The notes beneath the pieces are model-generated. The model was given only the letters and a program-made list of their open reading frames with translations. It was not told the DNA's origin and did not search any database. Positions 7,786-15,850 of a DNA stretch of 24,000 nt are shown here, piece after piece. This DNA is from Nitrosomonas cryotolerans ATCC 49181 (lineage in GTDB: Bacteria; Pseudomonadota; Gammaproteobacteria; Burkholderiales; Nitrosomonadaceae), in assembly GCF_900143275.1 (NCBI RefSeq), contig NZ_FSRO01000001.1, positions 1,420,116-1,444,115 of the forward strand, read 5' to 3'. Both the position numbers and the translations under genes were made by a program. Every line of letters begins with the position of its first letter. Positions within the stretch are counted from its first letter, which is position 1.

Positions 7786-8202
7786 ATGCAAGCTAATAAC
7801 GATGTAATAACAGGAAGAAATTGCGTTTTTAATCTTCATGTTCATTTGGTCTTTGTAACAAAATACCGTAGAGATGTTTTCTCCGGAAGGGTATTAATTG
7901 ATTTGGAAGAAATATTTAAAAACGTGTGTTTGGATTTTGAAGCAGAATTGGTGGAATTTAACGATGAGCATGATCATATTCACCTTTTAGTTAACTATCC
8001 ACCAAAAATTGCTATTTCTAACTTGGTAAATAGTTTGAAAGGCGTTTCAAGCCGACTTATTCGCAAAAAGAATTATCCCGAAATTAAAAATAAGCTTTGG
8101 GGTAATATGCTTTGGAGTCCAAGCTATTTTGCGGGTAGTTGTGGTGGAGCACCACTCTCGATTATTAAGCAATATATTGAACAACAGCAAAGACCGCATT
8201 AA
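7786..8202 (+). CDS. tnpA: IS200/IS605-family Y1 (HUH) transposase TnpA
   Basis: The likely start is ATG 7786 (MQANNDV..) with AAGGA 8-9 nt upstream. Motifs are NLHVHLVFVTKYRR, the HUH motif HDHIHLLV, and the C-terminal SPSYFAGSCGGAPLSIIKQYIEQQ with the catalytic Tyr. Confidence 0.9.
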   Translation: MQANNDVITGRNCVFNLHVHLVFVTKYRRDVFSGRVLIDLEEIFKNVCLDFEAELVEFNDEHDHIHLLVNYPPKIAISNLVNSLKGVSSRLIRKKNYPEIKNKLWGNMLWSPSYFAGSCGGAPLSIIKQYIEQQQRPH

Positions 8203-8345
8203 ACAGGCTTCGCCTGTGCGCTTATATCTCCGCCCTGAAGGACGAAGTTTTACGCGCTATTTGATAAAAAAGTGAGGTGTTTCTATAAAAAAATCAGGCT
8301 GCCATTTTCAACATCGATGCTGGCTCCTCAATAGAATCTTTCTAA

Positions 8346-9186
8346 GAGTCTGTTCAAAGTCTTTCGAGTGGAAGGGTCAGGAAGGCCAAGTGGATGAACT
8401 GCAAGCTGGTGTTGATCATTCGCTCGCAGTTTTTCCACAGTCTTCTATTCTTTTCCAGCCAGGCGAAACTACGCTCGACGATCCATCGCTTGGGCATGAC
8501 CTTGAAGGTGTGTAGTTCGCTGCGTTTGGCAATCTGTACTTGCACATGCGCGCCCAGGATTTCGCGCACACCCTGTGCAAAGGGCTGGCCCACATAGCGG
8601 CTGTCACACAGCAGGCTTTGCACTCACTGAAGCTTAGGTTTACAGCGTCGCAGCGCCTGTAACACTCCTTTTCGGTCTGTCACCTCGGCTGTGGTTACGG
8701 CCACCGCGTGCGGTAGCCCTTGCGTGTCCACCGTGATGTGGCGCTTGATGCCCGAAACCTTCTTGCCCGCGTCATAGCCCTTCTGGCCTGCCGTGTCCGT
8801 GTTCTTCACGCTCTGTGCGTCCACAATCAAGAACGCGCTGCAGGTGTTGCGCCCCCGTTTCTCGCGGGCCACGCCAACCTGATTTTTTTAATGCCTGCTC
8901 CAGCAGGCTACCTCCTTCGCGGGGCTCACTCTAGACGGCCCAGTACGAATGTACTGTGCACCACTTGGGAAAGTCATCGGGCAGGACGCGCCACTGGCAG
9001 CCCGTGCGCAGCAGGTACAGCACCGCGCAGAATACCTCGTGCAGATCTACTTGACGTGGCGCTGTCCTTTTGCGGACATTCTCCAGCAAAGGCCTGATAA
9101 CCTCGAATTGCTCCGGCTTGATATCACTTGGATAATCTTTTTTCATCTCCCAATCTTCTCATAACTTGGAGACTTTGAGCAGGCTC
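8346..9186 (-). mobile_element. IS5-family insertion sequence (IS427/IS1031-like), 841 bp, with 3-bp TAA target duplication
   Basis: The 17-bp terminal inverted repeats are GAGTCTGTTCAAAGTCT (8346..8362) and, in reverse complement at 9170..9186, GAGCCTGCTCAAAGTCT (15/17 match). They are flanked by TAA (8343..8345) and TAA (9187..9189). The element is clearly GC-richer than its surroundings. Confidence 0.85.
8354..9146 (-). pseudogene. IS5-family DDE transposase, broken into three ORFs
   Basis: The pieces are MKKDYPSD..VLYLLRTGCQWRVLPDDFPKW.. (8931..9146), ..FLIVDAQSVKNT..YDAGKKVSGIKRHITVDTQGLP.. (8624..8872) and ..VMPKRWIVERSFAWLEKNRRLWKNCE.. (8354..8623). There is an in-frame TAG at 8931..8933, a frame change near the A7 run (T7 on the plus strand, 8883..8889), and an in-frame TGA at 8624..8626. 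Confidence 0.8.
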
Positions 9187-9249
9187 TAAGGGCAGGACAT
9201 GCCCAGCTCGCCTGCCAAGTGAACGATGCAGTCATGTCGTCAGCAACAG

Positions 9250-9330
9250 GAATTCACCGAAGCCATCTACCCCATTCCGGGATAGAGGCAGCAGAAATCT
9301 CCCCTGTCTTTAGGCGGAAGAGGATGTCAA
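9250..9330 (+). repeat. Decayed solo right end (omega-RNA-like remnant) of an IS605-family element
   Basis: 9297..9330 reads TCTCCCCTGTCTTTAGGCGGAAGAGGATGTCAA. The right end of the 6478..8255 element reads ATCCCCTTCGTTTAGGAAGGGGAGGATGTCAA. They share the exact 11-mer GAGGATGTCAA plus TTTAGG and TCCCCT. The hairpin arms no longer pair. The upstream extent is uncertain. Confidence 0.45.
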
Positions 9331-9332
9331 AT

Positions 9333-10358
9333 TCACCCTTTTTTAGGTGAGTGTTTTGTCGAGGTGCACGAGGAAGACTGGCGGTGAGTCATTTCGGGCT
9401 CGTCATTGTGCAATTGCTTGATTTGGAACTCAGGTATATCGATCGAGGTATCGCCTTCATTAGGCTCGCCCAATTCCCTATCCCTTGTTGTGATAGTCTT
9501 TGCTTCGATCAGCTCTCCAGGGGGAGCGATATCTCCCTTAGTTTCATCGTACAGGTCAAACCAGGGCAACCGATGTTCCGTATAGGTTTTGGCATCGATA
9601 GGCGTCGGCGGTGGTTCGATTCCCGTTATATCGAGAAACTGAGCGCTGTTAACAATGTGAATAACTACGCGACCATAGACGTCTTGGTCCCAGGTGTCGA
9701 GGCCATGCGGGTCGGGATAGATTTTTTGTTTCATCGTACCCCCGGCACCCAGGCCCATCTGTTGCGTAGCCGCAGCGCTTGGTTTCGGCGTAGCGAGCTG
9801 CTCGGTACCCAGCTTGGACTGGATGGACGGTTTCTTTGGGAATCTGCCCGGCTTCGGTTCAAAGACCGTAATCTGAATACCACCGAATTTCTCTGTGTCG
9901 GTAAGGGTGGCTTCGAGCGTGTAACCAAATCCCAGGGGCATGGCCACGAACTGACGAATTGAACCATGTCCCGTATTGATACCATCTAGCCATAGCTGAT
10001 CGGGGCAAATAACATAATCTTGCGGATCGGCATGAAGCTTGCCACTATCAGGTTTTCCTGAAATCACATTAATTCTACCAACAGCTATCTTAACTGCATT
10101 GGGCTCCCAAGGCGCCGCGTTGAAACCGAGCCACAGCGCCTCTCGTTGGTACATGGGAATAAAGGCACCTCCCTGCTCACGCCATAAGGACGGGGCGCTA
10201 TCCAAGTAATCCTCCACCTTCAGTATTGGGAGCAAACCGAGGCCGGGTGGCAGTGGATAGATCCGCCCATCATCTGGAATACGAAGGGTCCGGTGGAAGG
10301 CAACAGCAAAGTGGCGGCCAATCCGTATTGCATGCTCATCAATAATGATATCAAGCAT
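9333..10358 (-). CDS. Hypothetical protein, two domains joined by a P/K/S/T/A-rich linker; no signal peptide
   Basis: A 341-aa uninterrupted ORF in GC-rich DNA. The N-terminal half (..FHRTLRIPDDGRIYPLPPGLGLLP..FIPMYQREALWLGF..QDYVICPDQLWLDGINTGHGSIRQFVAMPLGFGYTLEA..) looks like a conserved globular domain, but I cannot name the family. The linker is PKKPSIQSKLGTEQLATPKPSAAATQQ. Confidence 0.7.
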   Translation of the reverse strand: MLDIIIDEHAIRIGRHFAVAFHRTLRIPDDGRIYPLPPGLGLLPILKVEDYLDSAPSLWREQGGAFIPMYQREALWLGFNAAPWEPNAVKIAVGRINVISGKPDSGKLHADPQDYVICPDQLWLDGINTGHGSIRQFVAMPLGFGYTLEATLTDTEKFGGIQITVFEPKPGRFPKKPSIQSKLGTEQLATPKPSAAATQQMGLGAGGTMKQKIYPDPHGLDTWDQDVYGRVVIHIVNSAQFLDITGIEPPPTPIDAKTYTEHRLPWFDLYDETKGDIAPPGELIEAKTITTRDRELGEPNEGDTSIDIPEFQIKQLHNDEPEMTHRQSSSCTSTKHSPKKG

Positions 10359-10564
10359 TATCTGTCTCTGTTGATTTCAATCCCATAACTTACCTTGGAG
10401 CGTATTTATACAACAACTAATAAGAGGATTTCCTTTAGAGAGCACTCACTGTATTTTCGTTTGTTCAGCGCTTCCTTAGCGGGCCAGGTGTCTAGAACAT
10501 ATTACGAGACAGCTCCATTAAATATATGGAGAGTCACTTTTTGATTAGTAATGGAATGAGCCTG

Positions 10565-11665
10565 CTATTTAATCACCCATATATTATATGACCCGGTACC
10601 TCCCGCACTATTATAATGTCGAATTTGGACATAATAAGTGCCGGATACTGTCAGATCGACGACAATTTTTGCGTTACGGCCAGTGCCACTGTCATCATCT
10701 TCGGCAATGAGAGTAGTCTGGCTGTCAGGACCATAAAGTGACATCGTCACATCTGTCTGGCCTGTGGTTTCAATGGTATAACGACCGGCTGCCACCGTGA
10801 TAAACTTATAGAGATCTTGTTCTCCAGGCTGTCCGATTTCGGCTTCTACGGCTTTCATTTCAACAATGGTGAGTTCAATAGGTTCCTTCGGAGAGTCCTT
10901 GGGATAATTTATTGAGGCACCGATGAAATCTTTATCAATTTTTGACAAAATATTGTTAGATTCAGTATGGAAATCATCCAAGGTCCAATGTTGGGGAATG
11001 GTGTACATCATAATCGATAGCTTGTCGACCGCAGTGGCATTCATCTGATTAACATTGTACTTCCGGAATATATTGTGCTCGATTGTTTCAAGGGGCCAAT
11101 TATTTGGCGGACCGGAGAGATCACGGATTACATTTTCTCTATTCCATTGAATACCGCCCACCGGATTCTGGTGTTCGTGGATCAGGCCAATCGCGTGTCC
11201 AAATTCATGGAGGACAACGCTTTCATCCAACCAACCAAAATTCATTGTTGCTGTATTCAAGGGAATATTGAGAGAGTCGGTGCCGATGTATGACCACGCT
11301 CCATCGTCAAGAAAAGTGATGCGAATTTCCGCATCAGGTGCGTTATTAAAGTCGAACCTTAAATTGGCATGGTCACTCCACCGTGGAGCAAATTGCTTGA
11401 CAATGTCGTGTTGTTCGGGCGTACCACCCATAAACCGTACTTTAAGCGTTGATCCGTTTGGCCACTTCTTTGCCATAAACAAGGCCATTCTTGCCTTCCC
11501 ATCCGAGTATTCCGGGCGAACGAGACGGCGAAGGTCACTGGGTACAATTTTGTCATAGCACATCTTGAAAATCTCAGACATTTGGTTTTTTCCTTTAAAT
11601 ATTCTGTTCAAATACTTCTGATGATCCATGGCGAGCTTGCTAGCAATTGCTGTGCCGTGAATCAA
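10565..11665 (-). CDS. Astacin-like (M12A-type metzincin) zinc metalloprotease with a C-terminal PPC (pre-peptidase C-terminal) domain; no signal peptide
   Basis: The zinc site is HEFGHAIGLIHEHQNP (HExxHxxGxxHE). The Met-turn SIMMY corresponds to SxMHY in astacins, and KKWPNG resembles the start of the astacin mature domain. The C-terminal ~90 aa (..DLYKFITVAAGRYTIETTG..DDDSG..GTYYVQIRHYN..GSYNIWV) is PPC-like. A more likely start is Met29 at 11581 (MSEIFK..), which has AAGGA upstream. Confidence 0.8.
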   Translation of the reverse strand: MIHGTAIASKLAMDHQKYLNRIFKGKNQMSEIFKMCYDKIVPSDLRRLVRPEYSDGKARMALFMAKKWPNGSTLKVRFMGGTPEQHDIVKQFAPRWSDHANLRFDFNNAPDAEIRITFLDDGAWSYIGTDSLNIPLNTATMNFGWLDESVVLHEFGHAIGLIHEHQNPVGGIQWNRENVIRDLSGPPNNWPLETIEHNIFRKYNVNQMNATAVDKLSIMMYTIPQHWTLDDFHTESNNILSKIDKDFIGASINYPKDSPKEPIELTIVEMKAVEAEIGQPGEQDLYKFITVAAGRYTIETTGQTDVTMSLYGPDSQTTLIAEDDDSGTGRNAKIVVDLTVSGTYYVQIRHYNSAGGTGSYNIWVIK

Positions 11666-11808
11666 TGATTGAAAAACATAGTACGGGAAATCCGCATGCT
11701 AAAACGTTCTGTAGAAATCAGAGGCAGTTTCCCGCTTCTGATAAGACAGCCCCTAATGATGGCGAAGCCAATTTCTTTACTCTGCCTTCTGATTGGTTCT
11801 TAAACGAA

Positions 11809-12018
11809 TCAGCCTTTTGATGGCTGGTCACGAGGAAGTTTAATCGAGAGAACACCAAGGATGTCTTCCTCACTTCTTAATAATTGCTCTGGTACATCTA
11901 ATTCGTCCAGCTCTTGACCTATACTCGGTTCGACTTCGATCGAAACAGATGCGCCAGGGGTTGCCTCGTAAGCAGCAACAATTTCACCCTTTGAGTTTTT
12001 TAAAATTTGCATTCTCAT
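11809..12018 (-). CDS. Small acidic hypothetical protein (69 aa)
   Basis: A strong SD (AAAGGAG) lies 9 nt upstream of the ATG. It is co-oriented with its neighbours. I recognise no family. Confidence 0.55.
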   Translation of the reverse strand: MRMQILKNSKGEIVAAYEATPGASVSIEVEPSIGQELDELDVPEQLLRSEEDILGVLSIKLPRDQPSKG

Positions 12019-12068
12019 TTGATGTAACTCCTTTGTATATAAGGTATTGGATGATAACGTATGGCACT

Positions 12069-12305
12069 CTAATCCATTTGTTCTGCATAAAAGCGAAACG
12101 ACATCGCCCCGCTACCTAACACGCGTACGCAAACTCTGTATTGATTTGGACACCGACCTACATCTATGGAATTGATTCTCAATCTTGAGCATCCAGCGAT
12201 TGGGCCGACGACGACATTGTCATGCGTTGAAAGAGCGGACCCCGTTATGGTCCAACATAGTGTTGTATTACCATTTTGGGTAACTGTACCTGTAGTCCAA
12301 GACAT
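12069..12305 (-). CDS. Small Cys-containing hypothetical protein (78 aa)
   Basis: An SD (AAGGGAG) lies 7 nt upstream of the ATG. It has four Cys and a beta-rich-looking composition. It is the first gene of the co-oriented 12305..9333 group. I recognise no family. Confidence 0.55.
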   Translation of the reverse strand: MSWTTGTVTQNGNTTLCWTITGSALSTHDNVVVGPIAGCSRLRINSIDVGRCPNQYRVCVRVLGSGAMSFRFYAEQMD

Positions 12306-12754
12306 TATCTTCTCCCTTCTTGATTTACTTGTAAAAAAATCAGCATAAAACAGTTTTCTACGATAATCTGTGAAGAATGCTTCTAAAAATCAATTCTCGT
12401 TGCGTAATCCCTCCACCCCAATTCGATCAACTTCCTATGAACTTTATTGGGAAAAACAAACGACAAAAATAAAATAAATGTCATAAGCCTTATATATTAT
12501 ATTTCTGAGGTAATACGATAATATGCTTCCAGAATAAAAATAATATAGGCAAAATGCCTAATTTAATCTAGATAGCGTAGTCGTGAGATACTTGCCCAGA
12601 GAGTGATACATCTGATTTGCACAGCGGCGAGGAATGATGGACCGCGCCCTTTTTTTCTTAACGACATCACTTCATCATTAATTCTTGAGAAAGCTTCAAT
12701 AAGGCATATATTGCCTTTGCATTCAGATTTTTCCTCTGAAATTCTAAATAAAGT

Positions 12755-12841
12755 GAGGCCTTTGCAAAACCCCAATGGTTGAAAAATTAACCCTTTATAA
12801 TCAATAGAAGAAAGCTTCTAGCGAGGGCTTTTACAGAAGTC
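12755..12841 (+). mobile_element. MITE-like repeat, copy A (87 bp)
   Basis: GAGGCCTTTGCAAAACCCCAATGGTTGAAAAATTAACCCTTTATAATCAATAG..GCGAGGGCTTTTACAGAAGTC is collinear with copies at 15933..16021 (inverted) and 23257..23345. The terminal inverted repeat has the core TTTGCAAAAGCCC. Confidence 0.6.
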
Positions 12842-13413
12842 TTCATCACTGTCTGATTTCAAATCGGCGTCATTACTAGCGCAGTGTAATCCTGGGTTGT
12901 GTTAGGTGATACTGCAAATGCGGGATGAGCTATCGTGAATCGGAAGAAATGATGTTGGAGCGGGGATTTGGAGTGGCTCATACAATGCTTTACTACTGGG
13001 CTCAGCATTTATATGCCAGAAATGGAGAAACGCCTGCGGTGGGACTATAAGCCGACGAAGGGCTACAGCTGACGGGCAGATGAAGCCGATGTAAAGGTTA
13101 AAAGGAAATGCTGGAAGGATACGGTACCTCGGCAGGTGAAATATCTGAATAATATTGTCGAAGTAGGTCGTGGAAAACTCAAACAGCTGATAAATCCTGT
13201 GCGCGGTTTTAAATTCATGAGGACCGCCTATACAACGATCAAGCGGTTTGAACGCATGCATAGGTTGAAGAAAGGATAGATAGCTGTGTGGAAATATGGG
13301 CAGGTATCATAGGAGAAATTCGTTTTATTAAAAGACAATTCGATATTTACACTGCATAATCTGACATATCAGAGACTTATTCTGGTCAATGCTATTTTTT
13401 TTGCAACAGGGCC
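12842..13413 (+). mobile_element. Decayed IS6-family copy (internally deleted, left IR lost, right IR retained)
   Basis: 12849.. reads CTGTCTGATTTCAAATCGGCG..GTGATACTGCAAATGCGGGATGAGCTATCG.., parallel to 4549... The DDE core is deleted, joining ..KVK.. directly to ..RQVKYLNNIVE... There are multiple stops. It ends with TTTTTTTTGCAACAGGGCC at 13413. Confidence 0.7.
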
Positions 13414-13491
13414 TTTTTTCTGACTTATTGTTATATCGAATCCACCAATAACATAACGAATATCAGGGTGGAATGATAAAAAGGAGCCGCA

Positions 13492-14391
13492 ATGAAAATT
13501 CTGATAACGGGCGGAACTGGTTTTATCGGTCAAACATTATGCCCAACACTGCTTGCTGCTGGACACGCGCTGACTGTTTTAAGTCGAAGTCCGGATAAGG
13601 TTATTACTTTGTTCGACAATCGAGTCACGCCACTCAATACGTTACAGGCGCTCGAAGATTCAGATCATTTTGACGCTATTATCAATCTTGCTGGTGCACC
13701 TATTTTTGGCGGAAGGTGGACTGATAAACGCAAGCAAATCCTCATTCACAGTCGCATTGACATAACGCAAGAGCTTGTTAAGTTTATCGCCAGGTCTAAA
13801 ATCAAACCCAATGTTTTTCTCAGTGGTTCAGCAATCGGTTTTTATGGCGACCAAGGCGACAAGACTGTTGACGAGTTTTCGCCGGGGCATGACGATTTTG
13901 GTCATCAGCTTTGTACTGAGTGGGAAAACGAGGCTGAAAAAGCAAAACAATACGGCGTACGAGTTTGCCTGTTACGCACCGGGTTGGTAGTCGGGAAAAA
14001 GGGTGGTTTTTTGCAGAAAATGATACCGTCTTTCAAGCTAGGTCTCGGCGGCCCGCTGGGTAGCGGAATGCAATGGATGTCCTGGATTCATATCCAGGAC
14101 CATGTTGGCATTTGCCTGGCACTGATCAATAATGCTGAATTTAACGGCAAATTTAATTTGACAGCGCCCAATCCAGTCACTAATAAAAACTTTACCCGGA
14201 CATTGGCTGATCTACTCAATCGGCCTGCATTCTTGTCAGTGCCCGCGTGGGTTTTAAGGCTTATGCTAGGAGAAATGTCGGCACTTTTGCTCGGAGGTCA
14301 GCGAGTCATTCCCAAGCGAATGCAGGGCGCGGGATTTCAGTTCAAATTTCCCGAATTGAAAGCTGCATTGCATGATGTCTTGAAAAGCTGA
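13492..14391 (+). CDS. yfcH: YfcH-like epimerase family protein (TIGR01777-type SDR with DUF1731-like C-terminus)
   Basis: SD AAGGAG lies 6 nt upstream. MKILITGGTGFIGQ is the Rossmann motif. The protein is collinear with E. coli YfcH as I remember it (..INLAGAPI..RW..SGSAIGFYG..RVCLLRTGLV..GGPLGSGMQWMSWIHI..LGGQRVIPKR..GFQFKFPEL..). Confidence 0.85.
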   Translation: MKILITGGTGFIGQTLCPTLLAAGHALTVLSRSPDKVITLFDNRVTPLNTLQALEDSDHFDAIINLAGAPIFGGRWTDKRKQILIHSRIDITQELVKFIARSKIKPNVFLSGSAIGFYGDQGDKTVDEFSPGHDDFGHQLCTEWENEAEKAKQYGVRVCLLRTGLVVGKKGGFLQKMIPSFKLGLGGPLGSGMQWMSWIHIQDHVGICLALINNAEFNGKFNLTAPNPVTNKNFTRTLADLLNRPAFLSVPAWVLRLMLGEMSALLLGGQRVIPKRMQGAGFQFKFPELKAALHDVLKS

Positions 14392-14451
14392 CAAGACACT
14401 TACGAAACTCCAATCGTCAAACCAATGTAACTGCACAAGCGATCTAAAATT

Positions 14452-14624
14452 GGCTCTGTTGCAAAAAATAGCGTTGACCAGCATAAGCTTCTGATATGTT
14501 TGATTATGTGGTGTAAATGTGGATTTGAGCGCTTTGCCTGGAAACGGCTTGGCTGCTTTCTTATTGCGGATTGGCGAAAGATAGAAATCAATCGTATTCC
14601 CAAGTTTATCATCTCAACTTCCGG
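14452..14624 (-). mobile_element. IS6-family remnant, right-end piece (inverted orientation)
   Basis: It begins GGCTCTGTTGCAAAAAATAGCGTTGACCAG..CTGATATGT, which is rc of the IS6 right end. The reverse translation contains DKLGNTIDFYLSPIRNKKAAKPFPGKALK, matching the transposase region ..TIDFYLSSTRSAKTAKRFLGKAF... It is cut off by the tnpB element at about 14621. Confidence 0.65.
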
Positions 14625-14710
14625 AAAACCCCGGTCTTAAGGCCGGGGATGGATAGGGAGTCAGCTTCGCTGATACTAAAGCCTGTTTTTTCACCTATTT
14701 CTGTTACAGT

Positions 14711-15850
14711 GTGTTAATGGAAATTAAGCGCGCATACAAATTCAGGTTTTACCCAACTTTTGAGCAAGAAACTATTCTGGCTCAAACATTCGGGTGTGCT
14801 CGGTTTGTCTATAATCGCATGTTGCGCGTTCGTTCTGATGCTTGGTATACCGAGAAAAAAAGAATCGGGTATCATGCTACCTCCTCTTTGTTGACCGAGT
14901 TAAAAAAAGAGCCTGAATTTGAATGGCTGAACAAAGTTTCCAGTGTTCCTGTGCAGCAATCTCTCCGCCACCTGCAAACGGCATTTGGTAATTTCTTTGC
15001 CAAACGAGCCAAATACCCGTCATTCAAAAGCAAGCATGAGAAGCAATCGGCTGAATACACGTCCAGCGCCTTCAAGTGGGACGGTAAGTCTCTGAAACTG
15101 GCGAAGATGAAAGATCCACTGAATATCAGATGGTCGCGCACCCTTCCTAAGGCAACAAAACTAACGATTGCAACAGTCTCTAAAGACTCAGCGGGTCGAT
15201 ACCATGTTTCTATGCTTTGCGACGACTCTGTTGCGCGAAAGCCAAGGGTTAGCGGCAAAGTCGGCATTGACTTAGGATTAACGCACTTCGCTATTCTTTC
15301 TACGGGCGAGAAGATTGCGTCTCCTAACACGCTACGAAAGAATGAAACCAGGCTTGCTAAGCTGCAACGCAAGCTATCTAAAAAGCGCAAAGGGTCGGCC
15401 AATAGACAAAAAGCCAGACTGAAAGTAGCGCGACTACATGCAGGAATTGCTGATGCTCGTAAAGACTTTCTACATAAACTCTCAACACGGCTAGTGAACG
15501 AAAACCAAGTGATAGCTGTAGAGTCTTTAGCTGTTAGCAATATGAAGAAAAATCGTTGCCTCGCAAAATCAATTTCCGATGCAGGATGGGGTGAATTTGT
15601 GCGGCAATTAGAATACAAGTCGCTGTGGTACGGGCGAGAGCTTGTAGGTATTGACCGATGGTATCCAAGCAGCAAACGCTGCTCGGGATGTGGGCATACC
15701 GTAAACAAGATGCCTTTGAATGTGCGTGAATGGACTTGTCCGGAATGCGGATCAATCCATGATCGAGACATCAACGCAGCGCGTAATGTTTTGGCCGCTG
15801 GACTGGCGGTGTCAGCCCTTGGAGAATCTATAAGTCCTGTTTGCATTTAG
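14711..15850 (+). CDS. tnpB: TnpB (OrfB) RNA-guided endonuclease
   Basis: The listed ORF starts at GTG 14711, but ATG 14717 (MEIKRAYKFRFYPT..) is the more typical TnpB start. Motifs are GIDLGL (RuvC-I), IAVESL (RuvC-II), the zinc finger CSGCGH..CPECG, and [10 protein letters not shown] (RuvC-III). Confidence 0.9.
   Translation: MLMEIKRAYKFRFYPTFEQETILAQTFGCARFVYNRMLRVRSDAWYTEKKRIGYHATSSLLTELKKEPEFEWLNKVSSVPVQQSLRHLQTAFGNFFAKRAKYPSFKSKHEKQSAEYTSSAFKWDGKSLKLAKMKDPLNIRWSRTLPKATKLTIATVSKDSAGRYHVSMLCDDSVARKPRVSGKVGIDLGLTHFAILSTGEKIASPNTLRKNETRLAKLQRKLSKKRKGSANRQKARLKVARLHAGIADARKDFLHKLSTRLVNENQVIAVESLAVSNMKKNRCLAKSISDAGWGEFVRQLEYKSLWYGRELVGIDRWYPSSKRCSGCGHTVNKMPLNVREWTCPECGSIHDRDINAARNVLAAGLAVSALGESISPVCI

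Larger units (their letters stand above)
6478..8255 (-). mobile_element. IS605-type element (IS200/IS605 family) with divergent tnpA and tnpB
   Basis: The right end is inferred at 6478: the minus strand reads ..CCCCTTCGTTTAGGAAGGGGAGGATGTCAA, parallel to ..CCCCTTCGTTTACGGAGGGGAGCAGTCAA of the other element, whose end is fixed by copy comparison. The left end is near 8255, by similarity of rc(8203..8255) to 14621..14690 (AAAAC..CTTxAGGxCGGxGAT..AAGCCTGTTT). Both boundaries are approximate. Confidence 0.7.

Noticed and set aside
8870-8895. The A AAA AAA heptamer in the IS5 transposase as a programmed -1 frameshift site.
   Set aside because: The downstream DDE frame is +1, not -1, relative to the upstream frame. 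The upstream frame has already been closed by a TAG 40 nt earlier. A 1-nt homopolymer insertion or a sequencing error fits better.
4606-9146. Could the in-frame TAG, TAA and TGA codons in the IS6 and IS5 transposases mean an alternative genetic code or programmed readthrough?
   Set aside because: Well-supported host genes in the same window terminate with these codons at the expected protein ends: TAG for the multicopper oxidase, TAA for glpK and TGA for the 341-aa ORF. Simple pseudogenisation is the economical reading.
9605-9635. GGTGGTTCGATTCCCG looks like a tRNA T-arm.
   Set aside because: The flanking bases do not pair into a T-stem or acceptor stem, and the sequence lies inside the 341-aa ORF.
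12345-12385. The 13-mer AAAACAGTTTTCT and a nearby TGAAGAATG are shared between 12345..12385 and 22283..22330.
   Set aside because: These are short AT-rich matches without extended collinearity, compatible with chance.
12563-12775. ORFs 12563..12775 (-) and 23099..23296 (-).
   Set aside because: Each starts inside a MITE copy and reads out into AT-rich spacer. The two share no similarity beyond the MITE, and neither has an SD.
12902-13261. 119-aa ORF on the minus strand.
   Set aside because: It is antisense to the decayed IS6 transposase remnant, so it is an artefact of that sequence.
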